Positions 24,945 through 38,060 of a DNA stretch of 64,000 nucleotides are shown here, piece by piece; the stretch's first letter is position 1; every line of letters starts with the position of its first letter. The notes beneath the pieces are model-generated. The model made no database searches. It worked only from the letters and a program-made list of their open reading frames with translations, and had not been told where the DNA came from. The DNA lies in assembly GCF_006345805.1 (NCBI RefSeq), contig NC_043008.1, positions 50,530,001 through 50,594,000 of the forward strand. The letters run 5' to 3'. A program made the position numbers and the translations under genes. Source of the DNA: Octopus sinensis. Its lineage: Eukaryota.

Positions 24945-27892
24945 TACTAAAACAGAAACTATGATAATAATAATTAAATAATAATATAAACTCTATCAGT
25001 TTACTTACAGCAATAATAATAATAATAATGTTATTTTTTTTTAGTTATTTTCTGTTCTTGTGTCATTTGTGGTTATTTCAATGTTAGATATCTGTCGCTC
25101 TGCTCATAACACTTTTTCAAAATTTCTGATCCTAATTAAGTGACCTGTCCTAATTAGTTCACTCTTCTTTGTGCATCTCATCTGAACTCTGTGGTTGGTG
25201 GGTTTGTTGTTGCCTCAGAAGCTTGATTATTCCATTCTGTTTGCATTCTCTCTCTCTTTTTCTTCAATTATTTCAATTATTTGATCCTGGATGAACTAAA
25301 TATTGTTACTAATTGGTCTAACGTTGCTGTCTTCAATGATTTTTACCTTTATTCCTAACAAACTTATCCTATTTGTGTGCTCATTCTTTGTTCTTTTTTT
25401 AACAATATTTCTGTTTGTTTTATTTTGGTCTCTAAGATGTTGCCTATATTCTTCTCTAAACTAGAACTTATTACACAAACTCTGAATTCATTGTGAAACT
25501 AATCTGATCATTTAACTCTTGTGTTTCTCAAATATTTCGATTTTTTATTCTAATTGTTTTAAACAAAACAAAACAAAAAAAAAAGGAAACCTGTACATTG
25601 TGTTCTTAAATTTTAATTTCTAATTAAAATCTTGACAAAATATCTCTTAGCTGAATTAATCCCATTTCAACTAAAATCTATTGTATATTTGCCATTCTTC
25701 TTGTTTGCTGGAACTTCCATTTTGGATGTTGTCATGAAACATTATTATTAACAGATTATCCGGTGACATTTCAACTGAATCCTGTAACTCTTAAAAACCT
25801 GGAACCAGACTATAATTGTGCTGCACTGCTTGGCATTATTGTGAGGGCAACATTCAAAAGATTTAGTTCTCAGTTTTCTTTTCATCAGAACTCTAAAAAA
25901 TACAACAGCAGCAAGAATTTAATTTAAAAAAAAAAAAACAAAACAAAAAAGACAAAGGAAGAAGAAGAAGAAGAAAAAAACCCAGAAATCCTTAGAATGT
26001 GGACAAGTACGTCTTTGGTTCAGCTGGTCTGCTCTAAAGACACAATATAAACCTGAATAAGAAAAAAAGCTTTCATTTGTGAAAGAATCCTGTATGTTTA
26101 ACAGATATTTTACTACACACTTTATAAAAAAAAAAAAAAAAATCAAACCAAGTGGAAGATCTGTATAGTTTCAGCTATTGACTTCCTTCGTTGTTTCCAT
26201 CAAAACATCAATCGGGGTGTTCTCTTACCGTTTCAGATCTCCCTTACTGTTGACAATATTTTTGTTATTATTTTTTCTAATTATAATGATAATCTAATTG
26301 TTTTTCATCGGATGTTATCTTCCACAAGTTGAATAGTATGTCAAAGTATCTATATTTGTTTTTGCTGTATATATTTTATGACAATATTTGTTGGAATTTT
26401 TCCTCTTTTTTCCTTTTTTTTTTTTTTTCCTTCTTCTCTCTCTCTCTCTCTCTCTCTGAATCACCATATACCAGAAAAAGTACTTTTGAAAAGTATTATC
26501 AAGTATTAATTTTTACTTACATTATAATTATTTCATATTCCCCCTTCCCTTCCTCTGCCTCCTCTCTTTTTGTTGTAAAACTTTTCCTGTAATATTCTGT
26601 AATATTGTTATCAAAATGAATAACCAAGGTGTACTGAAAAGAAATCAAAACTGCTATAGCAATATCATATTAACATACACACTCACACACACACACACAC
26701 ACTCTCTCTCTCTCTCATATATATATATATTAATATATATATATATAATGTGTTGCATTTTCAACCTTGCTGTATACACTGAAATTCTAAAACTGATCAA
26801 AGAATCTTTCACATCATTGTGTATTTTCCATATGATCTTAATACAACTAGATTTAAAAAAAAAAAAAATATTTCATTAACTAAAAAAACAAAAACACATA
26901 GAAAAAATCCTCTCTAAAATTTGGTTTACTGCTTATCGATTTTGCCAACTACTCATATCTGATGTGTGTGTATATGTCTAAACATCAATCAGTTAAAAAC
27001 TTCTTTGTCTTAAATGAAATTCAACATTCAGAAAAATATGGGGGAAATTCTAAGCGTCTCTGAATGTTTTCAGTCTTATTATATAAGGCTCCATTAAACA
27101 TTGTCAGCTTTTAATTCAGGATCAACACCCATTGCCTCCAGCAAACTTGCTGGTGACAAGCTTGTTCAAGAGATTCCTACACCATCACAATGGGAATTAT
27201 ACGTCAGGCATTGAACAACAGGCCTTGTTTTGGGGTCAGAAAGAACTAAGTATATCTGTGAAAAAGAAAGGCTTTCATATTTCTCAATATTATTTTGAAA
27301 GTGCTGATCATTAAACTGGCTGATTTCATGGTCTGTCTTTTTTTTCTTATTTCTTTACATTTGTAATTTCAATAATTACAATCACAACTTTCACCACTGG
27401 CCAACAAACTCAGTACTAAATAACTCAAAACATCAAAACTCTGAAATGGTCTCCCTTCATTTTTTTTTTCATTTTTTTTTTTGATTTTAATGGTTTTTAA
27501 CTTCATTTTAGTTCTGGTTTCATTCAAAATGTTTGTATCTGTTGTGTGTGTGTATGTGTATATGTATGCATACACATATGTGTGTGCATGCATGTGTGTG
27601 TGTGTGTGTGTATATAATCATCTTTTTAATTGGTGCAATAAAATTTGAGACATACACATTGATGCCATTTTGAATTTTCTTTTCTGAAGTGTAAAAATAT
27701 TTGCCAAACAATAACTATAATTTCTTGAAATGGCTTCGTTATAAATCCAATCTCACTCTTTAAAGTGGATGAAGGTGGGTATTTTATTTCAATTTATCCC
27801 ACCTTAGAGCGAATAGATGTACATATCTAGACTTATATAAAAACAATGAATTGGATTGAATAGTTTTTAAAATTGATATTGTTTTGAGGGAA

Positions 27893-28320
27893 GACAGTGA
27901 GCTAGCAGAACTGTTACCATGCTGGACAGAATGCTGCTAAGCGTTTTGTCCATGCTTACGTTCTGAGTTCAAATTCTGCTGAGATGGACTTTACGGTTCA
28001 CCTTTACGGGGTTGATAAAATGATTATCAGTTGAGCGCTGGGGGTCAATCTAATCAACTTAGCCGCTTTCCCAAAAATGCTGGCCTTGTGTTAAAATTTG
28101 AAACAAATATTTGTTTTTTTTGGTGGGAGGGGAAACAATAATTGCAAGAATCTGTAGAGTGGTGGAAAAAAATGCCTTGTAGTATTTAGTTACATCCCTT
28201 TAAATTCTGTGTTCAAATCATGTCAGGGTCAATTTTTGCCTTTCATTTTCATGGGGTGAATATAACTAAATACCAGTCAAGCACTGTCAATTTAATCACC
28301 TCTGCACAAAAACCTGTGGC
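27893..28320 (+). mobile_element. Two degenerate SINE family A copies
   Basis: gagctagcagaactgttaccatgctggac...ttctgagttcaaattctgc core, plus a second decayed core at about 28190-28320. Confidence 0.6.
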
Positions 28321-29723
28321 TTTTTGCCAATGTTAGGAATCAGCATAAATACTCGTCTTTAGAAGTGAAAACAATTGTCTTTAATGGATACCTATGAAAA
28401 TATGGGTTCTTCATATTTTAGCAACTTTCAGAGTTAGGTTCTTTGTAAATGTCTTCATTCTGCCATTGAAGGAAGGGCTGGAATATTGTTATCCGAATTT
28501 GTCTTTTAATGAATATCTCCTCCTATTGCTGCTGCTGCTGAAGTGTTTGTACCAGTTCAGTTAAACCTGTTCATAATAATAATAATAATAATAATTATAA
28601 TAATAATATGTGAATTAAGCTGATTTAACCAATTTTGCGGCTATTCAAAGTATTAAAGTTTGTTATGGACTCTATTTGTTAACTGTTGAAACACAAAACA
28701 ATTACGAAACAAATCAAAACGTTTATTGATTTAAATGTTTTGTTTTGTTTTCAATTATTATTATTATTATTACTTAATAAATTTCTATGGTTACAATATT
28801 TTTCTAATCATTGTTGCTGTTTGATTTTTTTTTTTTTTTTTTTTTTGGTAATTCCTCGTTTACTCTATGTTCTGTTTTTAACTGCTTGATTTAATGTGTT
28901 TTGACATCAAAACTATGATATGAGTAACAGCTACTACTACTAATAATAATAACAATAGTAATAATGATAATATTAATAATAATCTAGTTCTTTGAAAAAA
29001 ATTTTACTTTGAATTCTCTAAACTTTGGTTAGTGAACTTTAAAAAACTTATAATTTTCTTATCACCACCACTACCATCAACACCATCACTACTACTACTA
29101 CTACTACTACTCTGTCCACCTGATACGTGGGAACAATTCTGATTTACTAAGTAAATTAAGTCAGCTGTGAAGCAGTTAACTCTGCATCTTCTGTTTACCA
29201 AAAAAGGAAAGAAAAAAAAAAGGCTCTATTCAGTGGATGAACCACTTTAAGATGTGTTGGTTCTTGAAAAATTCTTTACTTCACACAAGTATTATAGACT
29301 TATGACCAGCTGTGAGAAACTTGTTTTCAAAAATCTTTTTGAAATGGAACACACACAAACACACACAAAAAAAAGAAAAGAAAATCAATTTAAAAAAAAA
29401 AATTAAATAAAATAATTGGTCTTGTGTAGTAATTTTGCTTTCTGTCTCCAAACTTATATTGAGAAGAAAAGTCATCTTTTTAATATCATTATTTAATTTG
29501 ATCATAATAAACAGTTGTTGAAAACATGCTAAAGTGATTCTGAGGAAAAGAAAGGAGATATATACATAAAAGCCTTTATCTTTTTGTGACATCAGTGTTG
29601 CTGAAAAATGACTTTTTACATTTACCAAAATATTATTAAAGTAAATAAATATGTAAAATTTCTCTTCATTTGTATGTTGTTGTTTTTTTCCCCATCTTCT
29701 GTTTTGTCATTTGCATATTTTAC

Positions 29724-29729
29724 AATAAA
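29724..29729 (+). terminator. Candidate distal polyadenylation signal (AATAAA) for an extended CRTC 3'UTR
   Basis: tacAATAAAttaattttgtaata in a U-rich context, at the boundary where SINE density rises again. One of several AATAAA sites. Confidence 0.3.
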
Positions 29730-30239
29730 TTAATTTTGTAATATTGACTCTTTAACTTTTTATTTTCATTTCTTCAGGTCAATATTTTAACTCCCAGATT
29801 TTGGTAAACATCTCCAGATTTTGAAAGTACATTTCCACATCTCCAGAATTCTTCAAGAAGTAGAAAAAAGCAATGGATTAGAGTATCTTAGAGTAATGAC
29901 ATTCCGAAGTCTTACAGGTGAAGTACTTCTACTACGAATAGATTCGTAGTAGGATCTACAACAGGTATGAGCAACCCTTTTTGAGAAGCAGGCCACATGA
30001 GACACGAGGCCACACTATAAAGAAATTCAAGGTAATTTTTCATCAAGTGTGCCATTCAGAAAGTCACTCGGGCCACAAGCTCTCCATGACTGATCAATAC
30101 CTTTGATAAAAAAATATTGGCTTTACAAAGCAGAAGTTGGTGTAGCCTCAGGTCATCAGGTCAGTTCCTGATGACTTGGATTGACTAACATCTTATGTTG
30201 TGGAATGAAATATTTCTGGTTAAGAAACTTTTACTCTTT

Positions 30240-30612
30240 TACTTGTTTCAGTCATTTGACTGTGGCCATGCTGGAGCACCACCTTTAGTTGACTCCAGGA
30301 CTCATTATTTGTAAGCCTAGTACTTATTCTATCGATCTCTTTTTGCCAAACCGCTAAGTTATGGAGACGTAAACACACCAGTATCAGTTGTTAAGTGATG
30401 TTGGAGGGACAAACACAGACACACAAACATATACAAACACACATACACAATGGGCTTCTTTCAGTTTCCGTCTACCAAATCCACTCACAAGGCTTTGGTC
30501 GGCCCGAGGCTATTGTAGAAGACACTTGCCTAAGGTGCCATGCAGTGGGACTGAACCTGGAACTATGTGGTTCGTAAGCAAGCTACTTACCACACAGCCA
30601 CTCCTACGCCTA
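30240..30612 (-). mobile_element. SINE family B, full length
   Basis: Reverse complement of the 33409 copy; ends ...ctcctacgcctat. Confidence 0.85.
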
Positions 30613-30789
30613 TGAATAACTACCACATCTTACCCAACTGCGTCAAGCAATCAACAAAGCCTCTCTGTAGTTGTTCACTTTGAATGGATTAACTGGAAAA
30701 TCTCTCTATCCTGATCTGATCTTACCATGTTAAACAGTATTTGGGACATAAAAAGTAGTATGGTTACATGGAATGGCAATCAAAGAAAT

Positions 30790-31380
30790 AATGGAATTAC
30801 TTCTAGTCTAAGCATAAAACCCTGAAAATTTTGCGGGAAAGGGGGTTTAGTAGATTACATTGACTCTAGTGCATAACTGGTACTTATTTTATTGACCCTG
30901 AAAGGATGAAAGGCAAAGTTGACCTCAGCGGAATTTGAACTCTGAAAGCAGTGGCAGATGAAATGCTGCTAAACAATTCACCTGGTGTGCTAACGATTGT
31001 GCCAGCTCACCACCTTGAAGAAATAATATAATAGAGGAGAACAGTATCAGGTGTGAGAGAACCTCAAAAGTGTGATCACTCTAAACAGAACGAAGGTAGG
31101 AATATTTTGATATAAAACTCATACGTACACACAATGTTAACTCATAAACACATATTCGTCATATAAACCGTTATAGTATAGGCACAAGGCCTGAAAATTT
31201 GGGGGAGAGGGCCAGTCAATTAGATCGATTCCAGTACACAACTGGTACTTAATTTATCGGCCCCAAAAGGATGAAAGGCGGAGTCAACCTCAACAGAATT
31301 TGAACTCAGACTGTAAAGACAGTCGAAATACCACTGAGCATTTTGCCTGGTGTGTTAACGCTTCTGCCATCTCGCCGCCT
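30790..31380 (-). mobile_element. Two SINE family A copies (about 30800-31017 and 31175-31380)
   Basis: Reverse-complement family A core and tail aggcacaaggcctgaaaattt. Confidence 0.75.
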
Positions 31381-31813
31381 ACACATTCTTAATATGATAG
31401 CTTCTATTTCTAGTTGTCCATCAGATGATGACAAGTCTTCCTTATTTGTGCATCCTTTGATGACAGAATATTCCACTCCTTCATGTGTAGCTTCACTTGT
31501 ACAAGGAACATGTAAATGTTTTGGTTGTAGACGTCTAGGTGGGGAAGCTCTGCACACATGCCTCTTTTCTCACTTGTGAGAGTATTGGGTGCACTTAACG
31601 TCTATGCTTTCAAGCTTTCCACCAGTGAGTGAAATCACTAAAATGTGTGACAGGTGGTCATGTCTATTACTTTACTACTAAAGAATTGGTGTTTTTCTTC
31701 TTCAAAGTGGTCTTCAAATAATCTTTGAACTCTTTTGGTTTTTCTAACCAGGCTTTGACCATAACTGGCCATAGAGGATGCCTTTACAGCGTGGATTCAA
31801 TGCTGCTGGTGTT

Positions 31814-32178
31814 TGTTTGTTTGTTGAGCGAAGCGGTCTTCGTCCTGGGAGAAGTCCGAAATGTGGTCCTTTGCTATTCGTAAGACCTGCAGAAGAAAAA
31901 GCAGGTCAACCCCCGACACCGAGAGCATCGACGGATGGATGAATGCAGATCCAGGCTCAGCGGTTGCGTAGGAAGTCGGGGATAAGAAACAGGAAGAAAG
32001 AGTGAGAGAAAGTTGGAGCAAAAGAGTACAACAGGGGTCGCCGCCACCCCCTGCCGGAGCCTCGTGGAGCTTTAGGTGTTTTCGCTCAATAAATACACAC
32101 AACGCCCGGTCTGGGAATCGAAACCGCGATCCTCCGACCGTAAGTCCGCTGCCCTAACCACTGGGCCATTGCGCCTCC
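31814..32178 (-). mobile_element. Full-length, young tRNA-derived SINE with 13-bp TSD
   Basis: Minus-strand head GGAGGCGCAATGGCCCAGTGGTTAGGGCAGCGGAC...GGTTTCGATTCCC (A and B boxes), CpG-rich body, (CAAA)n tail. Perfect TSD tgctgctggtgtt at 31801-31813 and 32179-32191. Confidence 0.9.
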
Positions 32179-33408
32179 TGCTGCTGGTGTTGAACTCAAC
32201 AGAGGATTTCTATGTGCATAATCTGACTTAACCCCTTACCTGGCAAAGATGACTTGTCTTCATCCAATTTGTCTTTTTTGGAGTGCAATGAGTAAACTTG
32301 TCCAAAACACAGAATTTCAAAAACAGTCACAAACGAGTTTATACGTCAATTCTCGGTTTCTGTCTGTTTTTTTTTTTTTCTTTACAAATCACATCCAGAT
32401 GTTAAACTCAGAGGATGACAATGAGTACAAACCATGTATTAGAAGCTTGGATACATCAGATGAGAGTGCAAACTTGTCTGATAAAAAATATTTGCCTGAA
32501 AATGTAACGTTCTCTCCAACAAAAGTCACCGGGAAGGGGTTAAAAAGTTTTCTGGACATATTGGATATTAAAGGTACCGTGGATTTCAATGTGTTGGCTA
32601 TATGTAGTACATGCCTTGCACCCTTGTCACAGAGTGCCTGACAGCAGAGGTCCTTGGTGCAGTGGCTGTGATGCTTGTTTAAAAAGACTCTTTATGATTA
32701 CGGAGGAGGAGTGCCAAGCAGTGATAAGTGAAATTGCAATGTTATTATCAGTCCGAGTGTGCTTGATGCACGTTTGAACTGAAGCTACTCACTGCGTTTT
32801 GTCACAGAGAATATATCTTACTTGTTGACAAATGGTGTGTGTACACCTAGACCAGCTCGCAGCACCATCTACCTAGACTCTGAGATGTTAGCATTTCGGA
32901 GTAGTTATCTCCTCATCGGTCACAGACACTAAGCAGACGGCATTGCGAGCTGAATTAAGAGATTAAGCAATTAGCTCTCTTATGCTTTTCCAGTCACCGT
33001 ACGATGATTGGCAACTCTACACAGCAGCTCACCATAAGTGAATTATAGAGAGGGAGCGCTAAGCAGTGATAAGTGAAATGTTATCGGTCCGAATATCTAA
33101 CTGATCTACGTGCATACACACTATTTGTCAACAAGCGAGATATATTCTCCATGACAAAACACAGTGAGTGGCTTGTTCCCTGGTTCAAACATGCATCAAG
33201 CATATTCATAATGATAACATTGCAATTTCTTTATGAGTCACCCAAAGACACCCAAAGGCCTGCTATCTGGGGTGGCATGGAATCTCCCTCTTTCAGTTTA
33301 CTGCTGTATTGAAAAAGTGAGAAAGAAGTAGATGATACAGTGTATCATTGAGGATAACCTCAGTTTTTTTTTATATTTACAATCAGATCCATTCTTCCAA
33401 GTCTTTAA

Positions 33409-33750
33409 TAGGCGTAGGAGTGGCTGTGTGGTAAGTAGCTTGCTTATGAACCACATGGTTCCGGGTTCAGTCCCACTGCATGGCACCTTAGGCAAGTATC
33501 TTCTACTATAGCGTCGGGCCGACCAAATCCTTGTGAGTGGATTTGGTAGATAGAAACTGAAAGAAGCCCGTCGTATATATATATAGGTATAAGTGTGTCT
33601 GTGTTTGTCCCCCCAACATCGTTTGACAACCGATAAACCGATAGAATAAGTACTAGGCTTACAAAAGAATAAATCCTGGGGTCGATGTGCTCGACTAAAG
33701 GTGGTGCTCCATCATGGCCACAGTAAAATGACTGAAACAAGTAAAAGAGA
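33409..33750 (+). mobile_element. SINE family B, full length
   Basis: taggcgtaggagtggctgtgtggtaag...tgactgaaacaagtaaaagag. Confidence 0.85.
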
Positions 33751-33799
33751 GTTGCTGCAATGAAAACCCACAGGGCTTGAGTCGATTTACCTGAGCACA

Positions 33800-35390
33800 T
33801 TCATCAGCATACATTCTGTATCCAGTAACCTGTTCAGACCTGTGTTTGGTGATGATCTACTGCCTTCTAATGTTGAAAGGATTCCCAACAAGTCAGAAGT
33901 TCATAGTGATTCTGCCTGCCTTTCTGTGTTTTTACAGAACAATGTGATCATACCAACGAGGAAAAAATTTTATGGTATGGAGCCAGCATACAGCATTGCT
34001 CAATTCCCATTTTTACCTTGAAGGGCTGATTTCTGCCTTCCAACAGTATCATCTCTGAAACTGGCAGGGGGAATTTGGAGCTATGGGTAGACAACCAAAC
34101 TTTCTGAGAATATTCCACAGAAGATTCTTGAACCTTTGAGTTATAAATACAATGAACGAATCCTGATGTGGTTCTCTGTACTGTTTTCTAAAGTCATCTT
34201 GTAATGATGGCTTGGAGATTCTCAGCAATGGATAAGAGTGTTCTCTGTCACAGGTTGGAGCAAGTAGATTTATCTCCCTTGCTTTTATAGCTGGTAACTA
34301 TGTTAGTATAGTATCTTCCCAGTGCTGAGTAAACTATACTCCTGATTCTACCTACGCCTCTGATGTGACAATGAAGCACTCTTGTGCAGTGTAACCATCT
34401 ACCTATTTCCAGATCTCTTGGTGAAATGTTGTCCTGTCTTGCAGGGGTTTGTTTTACCCTTTTTAACCTTTTGATAGCAACACTAACTTCAGCAAAAGCT
34501 GGAGGCTTGATTAGGTGGGAAATGACAGGCATTTCATAAAAATTCCTCCATAACCTCCAGATTCAATAGTTTACACCACCTGAAGTATTCTCTCCAGCAT
34601 CCTGCTATTGCTGATTGATTTTCCTGTAGAAATATGCTGTTCGTCAGTTCACTGAGGTCATAAAAGGTGTTTATCATGTCATACACTTGGATCCCTGAAG
34701 TTTTGACAGCCAGAATTACACAATGGCCCAAAACATTTCATGGAATGAGCACAAATCAAAAGAGGAAGAGGAGGATTGTAGACGTTTTTTACCCATCTCT
34801 GCCACTACTGTTAAGCAGATCATCAGATCATAAGGAATGTTATATTTTGGAAACATCTGCTGCCTAACAGAGAATACGACCTCTCAACAACATTGATGTT
34901 TATTGGAAGAGGCACATCATCATGGAATTAAGAACCTGTCAAGGCTAATGGGGTACAGAGGTTCCTGGCACAATTGTGACTGCTTACAGAAAAATTCGAT
35001 GGATAACACATTATTAAACATACAGTCAGACAATACACACATACACACAGACAGCAGCAAACATCATCAAAAACTCACTGAAACATATTCTGAATATGAA
35101 AAAAGATATCACAGAACCTAGGTTTCATCATTGGCTTTCTGTTAAAGTTCCTGGGTTTCCATATGTTAATGTTGACCATATATCTGTTCCTGTATATGCA
35201 GGCATGGGCAAGATGTTTTTGGAAGATTGGAAATTGCATATACATGCAAGTTTCCCATTTTCTACACCAGCAATGTTTATTCAAAGGAAAGGCCACCGAC
35301 TTATCAGTAATGTTTTCACAGGCCTTCATCTCAGAACACAAAGATCCAAAACAGAAACTGTAAGGAACTTTGCGTAATCTTCTAACAGTT
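33800..35390 (-). mobile_element. Degraded RTE-clade LINE (reverse transcriptase region)
   Basis: Minus ORF 34248-34532 contains PPAFAEVSVAIKRLK...QDNISP...KGDKSTCSN (RT N-terminal motifs). Downstream frameshifted LWNILRKFGC and VKMGIEQCCMLAP (about 33975-34110) resemble the RTE 'GV.QGCVLAP' region. Confidence 0.75.
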
Positions 35391-35399
35391 CCACCAATT

Positions 35400-37650
35400 C
35401 ACTAATCTGGATTGATATGGTTTTTGGTCAGCCATGAAAGGACGAAAAGCGAAGTTGACCTCAGTAGAATGTGAACACAAATCACAGAGAATTAGAATAA
35501 AATACCACTTTAATGGTATTCTATTCTTTAATGACAGCCAGTTTACAAGCCAATTGTATCACAGTGGCTAATATACAACATATAACATTAATGGCACTCC
35601 GTTGGTGACGACAACGAGGGTTCCAGTTGATCTGATCAACCCCAGTGTTCAACTGGTACTTATTTTATCAAACCTGGAAGGATGAAAGGCAAAGTTGACT
35701 TCAGTGGAATTTGAACTCAGAACATGAAACCGGACAGAATATAACATTTTACCTGGCATGCTAATGATTCTGCCAGTCCACCACCTTCTCCTTCCTGCCA
35801 TTCCAACATGGAACACTGATGTTAAATGATGATGATGATGATGATGGCAAGACAGAAATATATCAATCATATCTACCTTAGTACTTTATTTTATTGACTC
35901 TGCAAAGATGAAAATTGAAGTTGACCCCAGTGGCATTTGACCTCACAGTATAAAGGACTGTAGCTAAATCCCCACGAGGCATCTTGTCTAATGGTTCTGC
36001 TAATCCACCATCCCTGATCTCTAACATAGGCCCACGACCACAGATTTAGTAGGGATGACTTGATTAAAACAACCCCAATATTTGTAAATCTCACAACACG
36101 AGATATTCAGCAACAGTACTTTGGAGTAAAGATCGTTTGCCAACATAACATGACTGTCTTGGTTTAGGATGAATGTTGCTGTAATTTAGCCCTAGGAGAC
36201 ATCATCTCCAGCTGGCTATACGACATGATCTGTGTCCTTATATTTTCAAACTAACCTGGAAATTGCGATACACATATATTGTTTTGAGTTGAGTGGGGAA
36301 GCTAGATTCCCTTGCTCGAAAATATAAGGACACAGATTGTGTTGTATAGCCAGCTGGAGACGATGTCTTCTGGGGCTAAATTACAGCATCATTCGTCCTA
36401 AACCAGGACTGCCATGTTATGTTGGCAAATAATCTTTACTCCAACCCCAATATTTGGTACTTTACTGGTCCCAGAAAAATAAAAGGTACAGTTAATCTCT
36501 GCAGGATTTGATCTTAAAGCATAAAGAGCTGTAACGTTATTGCAGGATATTTTATCCAATGCTCTTAACGAGTCTGCCAATATACCCCATATTATAATAA
36601 TTATTTCTAAATTTCTGGCACAAAGACAGAAATTTTTGATGTGATGGGAGTTAGTTAATTAAGCTGTTTCCAGAACTTTACTGGTATTTTATTGACCCTG
36701 GAGGAGTGAAAGGTAAAGCTGATCTCAGTAGGATCTGAACACAAAATGTGAACAGCAAGAACAAATACTGCAAGGTATTTTTCTAACTCTCTCACAGATC
36801 AGCCTCTCTGCTCCACATAATAATCCTTTCTACTAGAAGCACAAGGCCTGAAATTTGAGGGGATTAGTTGATTACAACGACCCCCAATGTTTCAATAGTA
36901 CTTTATTTATTGACCCTGAAAGGATGAAAGGCAAAGTTGACCTCAGCAGAATTTGAACTCAGAATGTAATGACAGACGAAATACTGCTAAGCACTTCACC
37001 CAGCATGATAATGATTCTGCTAGCTTGCCATATAATAATAGTCCTCTCTATTAAGGCGGTGAGCTGGCAGAATTGTTAGCACGCTGGGCGAAATGCTTAG
37101 TGGTATTTCGTCTGTCTTTACGTTCAGAGTTCAAATTCTGCCGAGGTCGACTTTGCCTTCCATCCTTTGGAAGTCGATAAATTAAGTACCAGTTGTGTAC
37201 TGGGGTCGATTTAATTGAACCCCACCCCCAAATTTCGGGCCTTGTGCATGGAGTAGAAATGAATAATCCTCTCTACTATAGAGACATGGCCTGCTATTCT
37301 GGGGGAGCAGGGCTAGTCGATTACATTGACCTCAGTTCTCAACTGATGCCTGTTTCACTGATCCTGAAAGGATGAAAGCAAAATCAACCTTGGTTGGATT
37401 TGAACTCAGAACGTAAAAACAGACTGCTTCAGCATTTTGTCTAGCATGCTACAAATTCTGCCAGCTCACCATTTTAACAACAAAAATCCTTTTCGGGGAG
37501 AGAGAGAGTCATTTACATCAACTCCAGTGCTCAACTGGTACTTATTTCGTCAACCTAGGCAGAAATTGAATTCAGAACATAAGACAGAGGAATTAACACT
37601 AAGCATTTTGTCCAGCATGCTAACAATTCTGGCAGTGTGCTACCTTAATA
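35400..37650. mobile_element. Dense SINE family A cluster (about 7-8 copies, mostly minus; plus copy at about 37055-37260)
   Basis: Repeated aggatgaaaggcaaagttgacctcag..gaatttgaactcag cores, interrupted by the 36121-36444 inverted repeat. Confidence 0.75.
36121..36444. repeat. Long inverted repeat, 127-bp arms with a 70-nt spacer
   Basis: 36121-36247 (ttggagtaaagatcg...gtgtccttatattttc) is the approximate reverse complement of 36318-36444 (gaaaatataaggacacag...aatctttactccaa). Confidence 0.93.
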
Positions 37651-37654
37651 ATAA

Positions 37655-38060
37655 TAATTTGAATGCCCTGATGCAGTACCAGGCAGTGGCTCTCCTGGCT
37701 TCTGACTTTAACTGATTAGAAGTGTTATCATGTACAGATTTTGTCTTGGTATAAAAGATGGGCTACAGCAAATATTCTGCTCAATACCACAGATTTGCTT
37801 GTCAGTTGCTTGACCATAACCAGTTGAGCATGTCCTTGAGTGGCAGATGATATATGCATCTTTGATCATGAGCAGAAGTAATGGGGGAGCATCATAGCCA
37901 TGTGTTGAGAGGAATTCTTTGAAGTTTGAATAATTCACCTCTGGAAACAAGGGTGTTTTGTTCAACACCCTTAAACGACCCTTATTCAGGAACCATTTGA
38001 GTGGGATGGGCTACTTGACCCGAAGAAAATTCTGAGCTCCACCTGCAAGGTCTTGTGCTG
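37655..38060. repeat. Unclassified interspersed repeat
   Basis: GC-elevated block starting right after an (AAT)n run, with no credible ORF. Classification is by recollection only. Confidence 0.3.

Noticed and set aside
25485-25510. attcattgtgaaactaat loosely resembles mature bantam miRNA
   Set aside because: The seed does not match and no hairpin precursor is evident.
32085-32178. tRNA gene
   Set aside because: The tRNA-like sequence is the head of a SINE with body, tail and TSD; it lacks a proper acceptor stem and a Pol III terminator.
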